Of a stretch of 22,092 bases of DNA, positions 1 to 6,280 are shown piece after piece. Within the stretch, counting starts at the first letter, position 1, and each line of letters starts with the position of its first letter. The position numbers were made by a program, and so were the translations under genes. Origin of the DNA: Verrucomicrobiales bacterium (lineage in GTDB: Bacteria; Verrucomicrobiota; Verrucomicrobiia; Verrucomicrobiales; V1-33); contig JANOAV010000158.1 in the NCBI GenBank assembly GCA_031411295.1, forward strand, positions 1 through 22,092, given 5' to 3'. The notes under the pieces are model-generated. The model ran no database searches and was not told the origin of the DNA. It worked only from the letters and a program-made list of their open reading frames with translations.

Positions 1-134
1 GCGGGCCGCCCCTGGTGGGCAAAATAGTGGCTCCAGTAACGCCCATTCCTTGTCACTCACATCTGTCGGGTAGCTTTTTCTCATTCCTTACCCTACCCCA
101 TTATGGCCCTTTTTCAAAATTACCGGACAGGTTC
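1..134 (-). mobile_element. Left end of an IS5-family insertion sequence (IS1031/IS427-like) with the N-terminus of its transposase (ATG at 84), running off the window
   Basis: Minus strand from 84 translates MRKSYPTDVSDKEWALLEPLFCPPGAAR, matching the IS5 transposase N-terminal pattern YPxDxxDxEWxLLEP. The expected GRP (GGG CGG CCC) is present but out of frame. Candidate terminus GAACCTGTCCGG begins at 134, preceded by TTA (135-137), a TWA-type target. Confidence 0.75.
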
Positions 135-1879
135 TAAGACGAAGGTGGTTGCACAAATGGTGAACTTGAAAAATAGGAACTCTTAGACTTTTCAGCGGCA
201 GATTTCAGGAGGGAAATCATTTCGCCACGAGTCACTGGAGTTTCGGCATTCATCCAAACCCGATCCGTCGGATTTTGATTGTTCATGATGCCGAGGTCGA
301 TGCATTTCTGCAATTCTACTCGAGCCCAGTGATCTATTTTACGAAAAGCAATGACGCTAGGATCATCGACAGTTCCGCCGTCTCTGTAGGCACGAATGGC
401 TGATGTGGAGTATTTTAGACATTCCACGTTATTTGTTGGCTCTGCTAGCGTGCCACCAAGACTAATTGCGTCAGTCCCATTACTCAACGTTAGAAGCGGG
501 TTTGAGAAATATGGGAGGTAATATCTAGGGCCGTTAATCAATCCTCTAGGAACATAAGCCATCACAGTTGCGTAATATTTACCAAGTATAAGCGGGGAAA
601 TAAATCCGTAACAATTCGGCGTCATTATGCTCTCACCGATTCCGGGTGTTCCGGCTGTTGCACGATTATGCAGGCAACCGCTAAGATGCGCAAGTTCGTG
701 TGTTAAGCTAATCTCCAAATCCTCAATAGAACAACAAACCAGCGCCTTGGCACTGTCATAATTTTCCTTCAGGTTGGATAGCCTCCTCGGCACGTAGCTG
801 ACGATACCAGAATTTACTTCAGCAGCATTTAGATTGTGACGCACGACTACCGTGAAATCTGCCCCGGAATGCTCTGCCTCCCTATGCAATGAATCGAATC
901 TAGATGCGCTATAAATGGGGTCTGCTTTATCCATTATCTTAATAGTTTGAGCAATCAATTCTGAAGTTGAAACACTTGCGAGTGATTGTATTGAAACAAG
1001 TCGATACCGGATAGGTGAGCCGCTTTGCCGATGCACTGCGTTCGCATATGATATGGCGGCCGCTACTGCTGCTTCAGACGAGTAACTATTGGTGGTCCCT
1101 TGGCCCGAACTAGAATCCGTCTGGATTCCAGTTGATTGGGCTATGTTGATTGCGTCTTGTGTGACCCCAACGCACAAATCAACTCGGACATCAGGGCCCA
1201 TCTGCGTTTGGACGTTTGGACTCGATATTACAGAATATCCACTTGGAAAGCCTACGCGGAACGAACCAGCTACCAAAGCCGAATTAATATCACAGTTTCC
1301 GCACCCTCCTACCTGCGTTACTTCTTCCAACATCCCTGTTAGTTTTCCTGCTACCATGCTGATACGGAAATACCCGACATTGGGAATCATGGCCACTGCG
1401 GCAATAGCGCCACCTGAATTGGCCAAGACACCAATACTGCCAGGATAACCATCGAAGCTACCGGATACAGAATAGTTTCCAACATTTACTCCTAAGGCAT
1501 CCTCTTTAGTGAGTCGTAAGCGCTTTGCTCCATGCTCAAATAAAGATATTGTGACCGTTGGTGATTCGCCCTCACGCAGCGCTTGGATACATCTGTCGAT
1601 TTCAGCGATATCGAGCTTGTATTCGGCAGAACGTGAAACGTAAGGATTTCTGATCTTTCCGGCGAGAATGGCTGCGGCAGGTTGCTGGACTGGGGCGATT
1701 GGGAGTGCTTTGTTTGTAACCGACGAGGTTTCATTCTTCTCCCTAGGTCCGGTGAGTTTTGTTGAATTAGTGCTGACATCCTGCCCATTCCAATATTTGG
1801 AATGCGGTAAAAGTAAGAACGCCAAAATACCAAGTAGCAATAAAGAGGCAACAAGGGGCCAAAGTTTACGAGTTTTCAT
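134..1879 (-). CDS. Secreted or membrane-anchored reprolysin-like (M12B-type metzincin) Zn metalloprotease with a C-terminal SLH-like domain
   Basis: Likely start MKTRKLWPLVASLLLLG (ATG at 1879) with a hydrophobic N-terminal helix. Possible propeptide Cys switch GGCG, HELAHLSGCLH = HExxHxxGxxH (668-700), Met-turn TVMAY, and C-terminal HWA...GIM...PVTRGEMISLL resembling the SLH consensus (206-346). Confidence 0.85.
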   Translation of the reverse strand: MKTRKLWPLVASLLLLGILAFLLLPHSKYWNGQDVSTNSTKLTGPREKNETSSVTNKALPIAPVQQPAAAILAGKIRNPYVSRSAEYKLDIAEIDRCIQALREGESPTVTISLFEHGAKRLRLTKEDALGVNVGNYSVSGSFDGYPGSIGVLANSGGAIAAVAMIPNVGYFRISMVAGKLTGMLEEVTQVGGCGNCDINSALVAGSFRVGFPSGYSVISSPNVQTQMGPDVRVDLCVGVTQDAINIAQSTGIQTDSSSGQGTTNSYSSEAAVAAAISYANAVHRQSGSPIRYRLVSIQSLASVSTSELIAQTIKIMDKADPIYSASRFDSLHREAEHSGADFTVVVRHNLNAAEVNSGIVSYVPRRLSNLKENYDSAKALVCCSIEDLEISLTHELAHLSGCLHNRATAGTPGIGESIMTPNCYGFISPLILGKYYATVMAYVPRGLINGPRYYLPYFSNPLLTLSNGTDAISLGGTLAEPTNNVECLKYSTSAIRAYRDGGTVDDPSVIAFRKIDHWARVELQKCIDLGIMNNQNPTDRVWMNAETPVTRGEMISLLKSAAEKSKSSYFSSSPFVQPPSS

Positions 1880-1961
1880 GTATGGGATTGTCTGGAAATA
1901 AGTTGGAAATAGGATCGAATCAGAGTTTTGTAGGGCATGGCTATCTAGGAAGTGAGGTTCC

Positions 1962-2234
1962 TCAATGCCGTGCCGCATTCTGCACCGTGCAGTATCCACT
2001 GCCGTGTGAGGATTTCAGACTGGCGGGGCGGTTGTTGTCGAAGCGGACGTTGATGTATTTTCCCTCAAGATTTCCGGCTCCGCTCATTTGGTGGTCTGAG
2101 GATGTGAAATTGTAGGTGACCGTCCAACTGCCGTGGCTTCCGGAGAACGAAATGGTGTTGGAGCCACCGCTGCGGGCGGTTCCTTTGCCTTGGTCGTAGG
2201 TGACGCGGCAGTCCTCGGGGGATTTCTGGAGCAT
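1962..2234 (-). CDS. Hypothetical 90-aa Gly/Ser-rich protein, probably beta-rich
   Basis: Part of ORF 1962..2324. ATG at 2234 (MLQKSPEDCRVTYDQG) preferred because the upstream segment is low-complexity and overlaps the VapC remnant stop. No family recognised. Confidence 0.5.
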   Translation of the reverse strand: MLQKSPEDCRVTYDQGKGTARSGGSNTISFSGSHGSWTVTYNFTSSDHQMSGAGNLEGKYINVRFDNNRPASLKSSHGSGYCTVQNAARH

Positions 2235-2320
2235 GGTGCCTCTAGCCTGTGTTGCGTGAGATGAGAGGGAGGGTGGAAGCATGGGCATGGGTTGATGGGT
2301 GAAGGAAAAAACGGCTTGGT

Positions 2321-2455
2321 TCACGAAACAATGGTTAAGCCTGCGAGGCTGGCGAGGGCGGCTTGGCGGTGGTCGAAGGTGCAGAATTCCGTGGCTCCTA
2401 ATTTAAGCGCTAGGTGGTAGAGCTTGACGAGGACGCTGGAATCGAAATAACGCAT
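2321..2455 (-). pseudogene. vapC: VapC/PIN-domain toxin with a large in-frame internal deletion (44 aa)
   Basis: Hand translation MRYFDSSVLVKLYHLALKLGATEFCTFDHRQAALASLAGLTIVS*: a PIN N-terminal motif (YxDSSxLVKLY) fused directly to a PIN C-terminal motif (ALxLG...F.TFDxRQ..LA..AGL). The ATG overlaps the upstream stop (TAATG). Confidence 0.8.
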
Positions 2456-2688
2456 TAGAATCGGTCCCCTCTGAGGAAGTCGAGGGCTTCTTGGCTGTCT
2501 GCTCCGGTGCGTCCGCTGTAGATGGTGTGCAGCCGGGTTTCAAAATCCGGCCAAGCAGGGATGGCCTCAGCGGAAGTGCCTGATTCTGATTGCTGGAGTT
2601 CGATGAATTTCAGATAGTGCCACACCTCGCGCACAACGGCATCGGGTTGATGGCTAAGGTCTTCGGTGAGGAGTTGGAGTGTGCTCAT
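2455..2688 (-). CDS. Type II antitoxin, DUF2281-like (VapB partner)
   Basis: 77 aa, N-terminal L..DL..QPD.VVREV.HYL.FI pattern and C-terminal LDFLRGDR, translationally coupled to the PIN remnant. Confidence 0.7.
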   Translation of the reverse strand: MSTLQLLTEDLSHQPDAVVREVWHYLKFIELQQSESGTSAEAIPAWPDFETRLHTIYSGRTGADSQEALDFLRGDRF

Positions 2689-2773
2689 GGGTGGATAATA
2701 TGCGGGATTTGGCCGTGTGTCGAGGGCATAGCAGATGGTAGCAGATGGCAGGCGTAGGGTGGGCCGTTAGTCT

Positions 2774-2917
2774 AACCACAGAGAACACAAAGAACACAAA
2801 GAGGAAGAGGCGGTATCTCGGAATGCCTGTCGAGCTGAAGCCCCGGACGCCAGCGGTAATTGACGGATTCGTGTGGGGGAGGATCTCATTTTTCGTGCTC
2901 TTTGGGTTCTTTGTAGT
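2774..2917. repeat. Imperfect inverted repeat with 9-nt periodic arms (ACCACAGAGAACACAAAGAACACAAAG ... TTTCGTGCTCTTTGGGTTCTTTGTAGT)
   Basis: Arms at ~2774-2801 and 2891-2917. Related half-sites at ~4603-4632 and ~4936-4963. Confidence 0.7.
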
Positions 2918-2958
2918 AAAATCAGCTAAATCCGCTTATAGGCTCGGTCATCGGGGTA

Positions 2959-3159
2959 TCAACGATGGCCTTGGGTAGGACTGCCGGAGCGGCCGCAGTG
3001 TTTCCTCATGGCAGAGAAGTTGGTGCAGGTGGAACAGGGGTTGCGGTCGTTGTAAATTTCTACTTGGACACAACCGCAATCCCAGCGGATGATTTTGGCA
3101 TACGTGGGGCATTTGCCGCATTTGCAGTTCAGGGTTTCGCTACTGATGATGTTGGCCAT
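2959..3159 (-). CDS. Small cysteine-rich protein (66 aa, 8 Cys), putative metal-binding
   Basis: CKCGKC...CGC...CSTC...HC spacing, with an A-rich leader (CAGAGAAACCAAAAAATCT) directly before the ATG. Confidence 0.6.
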   Translation of the reverse strand: MANIISSETLNCKCGKCPTYAKIIRWDCGCVQVEIYNDRNPCSTCTNFSAMRKHCGRSGSPTQGHR

Positions 3160-3258
3160 AGATTTTTTGGTTTCTCTGGGGTGTGGTTTCGTCGGTTACG
3201 GTTTCTTGGGGTTTGCCTGCTGAATCCATCTGCGGCAATCGTCCTGCTTCGATTGGGC

Positions 3259-3347
3259 TGGCCATGACTACATTGGTTCACTGTTGTATTCGGGATCGGG
3301 AAAATTCCGCAGCAGGGAAATGAAATTATTTCACGAAATTTTCAGGG
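3259..3347. promoter_or_regulatory. ~90-bp duplicated element, copy A (putative ECF-dependent divergent promoter)
   Basis: Aligns to 4823-4912 with 7 substitutions and 1 indel (hand count). Promoter function is inferred. Confidence 0.6.
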
Positions 3348-3400
3348 GTGTGGGTGATTTTGGTTGATCGAGAGGGGCTGAATCGTTAAGGATCCGATCC

Positions 3401-3518
3401 ATGAAAATGAAGTCGGATGCTGGTCAGAATCCTGGGTTATTTCCCGCAGTCCCCCAAGTCAGGGGATGGGATCTGCGGCGATGTGGCCGGAAACGGATGT
3501 GGCGAAGGCGCGGGATTT
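3401..3518 (+). pseudogene. Truncated, frameshifted paralog of the 5' end of the ECF sigma gene
   Basis: MKMKSDAGQ...(frameshift)...WPETDVAKARDL versus MMSDAGQ...WPETDVARAKDL of the gene at 5259. 23 nt are identical (3482-3504 = 5329-5351). Confidence 0.8.
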
Positions 3519-3546
3519 AAATTTCATTCAGGCAGACAGCGGAAGG

Positions 3547-3759
3547 TTACTCTTTTGGTCCTAGTGGGACGTGGTCCATGGGGTAGCGGGTGACTTTGCC
3601 ATCTGGGGTGAGGGCACCTATGCGGATGAGGACTTTTCGTTGCTCGGCTTTGGTCATGGCTTTGACTTTGGTCCACCATTCCCGGTAGTGGCGGTGGAAA
3701 TCGTCGGCGTTTGTGGAGATGGGGCCTTTGAGTGGGGTTGCTTTGGGTTTAGTTTTCAT
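3547..3759 (-). CDS. Small basic hypothetical protein (70 aa), putative partner or antitoxin of the upstream ART-fold gene
   Basis: Starts 25 nt after the stop of 3785..4384 on the same strand. Contains a helical T.AE.RK.L.R.G.LT..GK.T..Y segment. Confidence 0.6.
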   Translation of the reverse strand: MKTKPKATPLKGPISTNADDFHRHYREWWTKVKAMTKAEQRKVLIRIGALTPDGKVTRYPMDHVPLGPKE

Positions 3760-3784
3760 GGTGTGTTTGATGGCGTTTGGGCTT

Positions 3785-4384
3785 TTAGGTTAGCATGCCT
3801 TCTGGTTTGAAATAACCAATGATGGCGCTGGGGTCGCGGACGGCGATCTGGATGTGCGATTTGAGTTTGATGCCAGCCCCGCTGAAGGCGGGCTGCCCCT
3901 CTTGAAAGACCCCACGAACCGTATGATACGTCGTGCCGGACACTTCTTCGAGCGTGGGAATCACTGAATTCAAAACGAAGCTATCACGCTCGCGTCGCAA
4001 CCAGTCGAAGTCATGGACACCTACCGTCTGATTTTGTGGCAATGGTATGCCTTGTGCCGTGAGGAGTCCTTCGAGATCGGCGGCAGCATCGGCAAGCTCG
4101 CGAGTGTATTGGATGTCGAGCAAATCCAGGCAACCACTGAGTTGGATGATGGCTCCGAGGACGGCTGGTTGTTTGATGTGGGAGCCTTTGCGTTTCGACT
4201 GCTGCACAGCCCATTCGAGGGCGCGGCTGGGGCCGTTCTCCCAAAAGTAGATGCCCATGCCAAGCCAGTCGTAGGTGTTCATACTGGCGCTGAGTTTCAG
4301 CTTGCCCGTGAGCACGTCATTGGCCAAACGGCGGTCACATCCGTGGAAGCCGAAGACGGTGCGCTGGTAGGAAAGGAGATTCAT
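3785..4384 (-). CDS. Predicted ADP-ribosyltransferase-fold protein (DUF3990-like)
   Basis: Motifs GFHG, DWLGxGIYFWE...RAxEWA and HIQIAVR...IxGYF follow the H-Y-(E/Q) ART layout. 199 aa. Confidence 0.6.
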   Translation of the reverse strand: MNLLSYQRTVFGFHGCDRRLANDVLTGKLKLSASMNTYDWLGMGIYFWENGPSRALEWAVQQSKRKGSHIKQPAVLGAIIQLSGCLDLLDIQYTRELADAAADLEGLLTAQGIPLPQNQTVGVHDFDWLRRERDSFVLNSVIPTLEEVSGTTYHTVRGVFQEGQPAFSGAGIKLKSHIQIAVRDPSAIIGYFKPEGMLT

Positions 4385-4390
4385 GCGGAA

Positions 4391-4432
4391 ATGATGAAGT
4401 ATGAGTTATGAATGATGAAATCCGAATGATAA
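4391..4432. repeat. Degenerate 7-nt tandem repeat (ATGAAGT/ATGAGTT/ATGAATG/ATGAAAT)
   Basis: Read directly; sits immediately upstream of the 4384 start codon. Confidence 0.6.
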
Positions 4433-4483
4433 GCGATAGCTGAGTTTTTGAGGGATGTCCAGAGGAGAGCTGATTGGGGATTT

Positions 4484-4525
4484 CTGGAGCACGGGGGATG
4501 GCTGGAGCACGGGGGATGGCTGGAG
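4484..4525. repeat. 18-bp tandem repeat CTGGAGCACGGGGGATGG x2.3
   Basis: Exact copies at 4484-4501 and 4502-4519, partial copy at 4520-4525. Confidence 0.9.
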
Positions 4526-4679
4526 GGCGGGTGGTTGGGAATGTGTGCATTGTCGAGATGGACGGAAGCATTGGTGGCGGGACAGGGGGGCGGGATGGAT
4601 TTAACCACAGAGAAATGAGAGGACGCAGAGGGGACGGAAAATGGCGGGCGATTCAGTGGGTAAGTGGGAATTTTGGAAT

Positions 4680-4753
4680 ACCAATCTTCACTAACAGGAC
4701 ACTAATCCCCATTGGAGCAGGGTTCTGTTAGTGTTTCGTTAGTGGAGATTAGT
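4680..4753. repeat. Imperfect palindrome with CACTAA-periodic arms
   Basis: Arms 4680-4706 and 4727-4753, 21/27 complementary by hand count. Confidence 0.75.
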
Positions 4754-4776
4754 GTTTTTGATGGTTCGGAGGCATG

Positions 4777-4822
4777 GGTGGGCTGAGGTGGGCTGAGGTG
4801 GGCTGAGGTGGGCTGAGGTGGG
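4777..4822. repeat. 10-bp tandem repeat GGTGGGCTGA x4.6
   Basis: Exact repeats, directly abutting copy B of the duplicated element. Confidence 0.95.
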
Positions 4823-4912
4823 TGGCCGTGACGGCATTGGTTCACGGTTGTATTCGGGATTGGGAAAATTCCGCAGCAGGAAAATGGAATTATTTTCACG
4901 AAATTTTCAGGG
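4823..4912. promoter_or_regulatory. ~90-bp duplicated element, copy B
   Basis: Near-identical to 3259-3347. Contains TCCGCAGCAGGAAA (4870-4883), whose reverse complement lies at 6240-6253. Confidence 0.6.
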
Positions 4913-5029
4913 CGGGCGGTTTTTGGGTCGTATTTGGCCACAAAGAACACAGAAAACACAAGGTAGTGGAGGTGGAGGATGGTGGAATTTGGGAACGCTG
5001 TTTTTAGTTTTTATAAAGGGATATGCTGA

Positions 5030-5146
5030 ACTGGGAGTGGCGTGACTCCGTCCGCCATGGGCAGCACTGGAGTCAGCCATTCAGGGCGTGAGGATTCGAG
5101 TTCTGCGCGGGGGGAGAATGGCGGACAGAGTCGCGCCACTCCCAGT
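5030..5146. repeat. REP-like inverted-repeat doublet (GGAG type)
   Basis: ACTGGGAGTGGCGTGACTCCGTCCGCCAT (5030-5058) and its reverse complement at 5118-5146, 2 mismatches. Confidence 0.85.
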
Positions 5147-5258
5147 AAGGGGAACGCTGGCACTGTCTGGGTGATTTTTATGAAACTCTCATGTGGTGGT
5201 CGATTTTTGTTGCTAGCGTCGGGGGGGATTGGTTATGCGTGGGGCTTTGAATACAAAT

Positions 5259-5981
5259 ATGATGTCGGACGCTGGTCAGGATGAGGAATTACCCCACGCA
5301 AGCCCCTCAAGTAAGGGGTCGGGGGTAGTGTGGCCGGAAACGGATGTGGCGCGGGCGAAGGACTTGTATGCGGTGGCGATTGAGGATTTCCTGTCGCGTG
5401 AACTAACGAAGGTGGGGAGTCACGAGGAGGCGGTGGATGTGGCGCAGTCGTTCCTGCTTTGGTTATTGAGTTCGGAGCGATCTCGGCTGGCGGGGTATCG
5501 GGTGGAGCGCGGGCGGTTGCGGCATTATGTGGGGGAAATGTTGCGCCATTTTATGATGGACAGGCATCGCAAGGCGCGGGCTTGGAAGCGTGGCGGACGC
5601 GCGGTGCAGGTGGAGTTGTCTGACGAGGTAGGAGCGGTGGAGGGGCCGGCCATACGCCAATGGGATGTGGCGGTGGCGCTGAGTATCCTGAACCGCGTCG
5701 TAATGGCTCTGGAGGAGGAATGGCAGGAAAAGGGGAAGCTGGCGGAGTTGCGAATTCTCCTGCCAGCGCTGGTAAATGCCGGGGATAAGATTCCTTCCAA
5801 GGTGCTAGGGGAGCAACTGGGCTCTAAAGATAATGGAGCACGCAGTGATCTCAGCAGGCTGGGGGTGCGGTTTCGGGAGTTGCTGGAGGCGGAGGTGCAA
5901 CGCACGCTTTGGTGCTGTCCGGAGGATTTGGCGGATGAGATGAATTTCGTGGTGCGGGCTTGGGCGTATGAGGGTGAGTGA
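5259..5981 (+). CDS. ECF-type sigma-70 factor of the Ser/Thr-kinase-associated PVC type
   Basis: Region 2-like HEEAVDVAQSFLLWLL...ERGRLRHY...ARAWKRGG, region 4-like LGEQLG...ARSDLSRL..RFRELLEAEVQRTL...DEM. Followed by a Hanks kinase and no anti-sigma gene. Start placed at ATG 5259 by comparison with the 3401 paralog. Confidence 0.8.
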   Translation: MMSDAGQDEELPHASPSSKGSGVVWPETDVARAKDLYAVAIEDFLSRELTKVGSHEEAVDVAQSFLLWLLSSERSRLAGYRVERGRLRHYVGEMLRHFMMDRHRKARAWKRGGRAVQVELSDEVGAVEGPAIRQWDVAVALSILNRVVMALEEEWQEKGKLAELRILLPALVNAGDKIPSKVLGEQLGSKDNGARSDLSRLGVRFRELLEAEVQRTLWCCPEDLADEMNFVVRAWAYEGE

Positions 5982-6004
5982 GGGTGAGTGAGGGTGAGTG
6001 AGGG
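5969..6004. repeat. 10-bp tandem repeat TGAGGGTGAG x3.6 spanning the sigma stop codon
   Basis: Read directly. Confidence 0.9.
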
Positions 6005-6043
6005 GTATGGCGCTGGATGCAGTCAGGTTAAGCGCCGAAACGG

Positions 6044-6227
6044 CGGGTAGGGCGGTGCCTCTGGCCCGCCGGGTTTCGCGTCCCGCGGAACCCACGGGCC
6101 GTCTCGGCCCTCATCCTGATCCGGCACGGTGGGCCAAGCATCGGAGCGAGACGCTCCCAGTGGCCGAGACGGCCTGTGTGGTTGGCGGGACGCCAACCAC
6201 GGCGGGCCAGAGGCACCGCCCTACCCG
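6044..6227. repeat. 184-bp nested palindromic element (GTAG-type REP doublet / REPIN-like)
   Basis: Perfect 28-bp inverted arms 6044-6071 and 6200-6227, inner arms 6093-6109 and 6162-6178 (16/17), plus three small hairpins. Confidence 0.9.
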
Positions 6228-6280
6228 AGAAATGTAAAATTTCCTGCTGCGGAGGGAGGGCAAATTACATAGACAAGGGG

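Noticed and set aside
2311..2325. ACGGCTTGGTTCACG resembles ACGGCATTGGTTCACG of the duplicated element (4831-4846)
   Set aside because: Too short, needs an indel, overlaps the VapC stop, and the flanks do not align; may be chance.
2745..2978. 77-aa plus-strand ORF (TTENTKNTK...FVLFGFFVV) and 4702..4959
   Set aside because: These are translations of palindromic repeat arms, not likely genes.
134..4384. Integron cassette array (co-oriented small genes, TA modules, palindromes)
   Set aside because: No integrase and no consistent RYYYAAC...GTTRRRY attC sites after the genes; the palindromes belong to different families.
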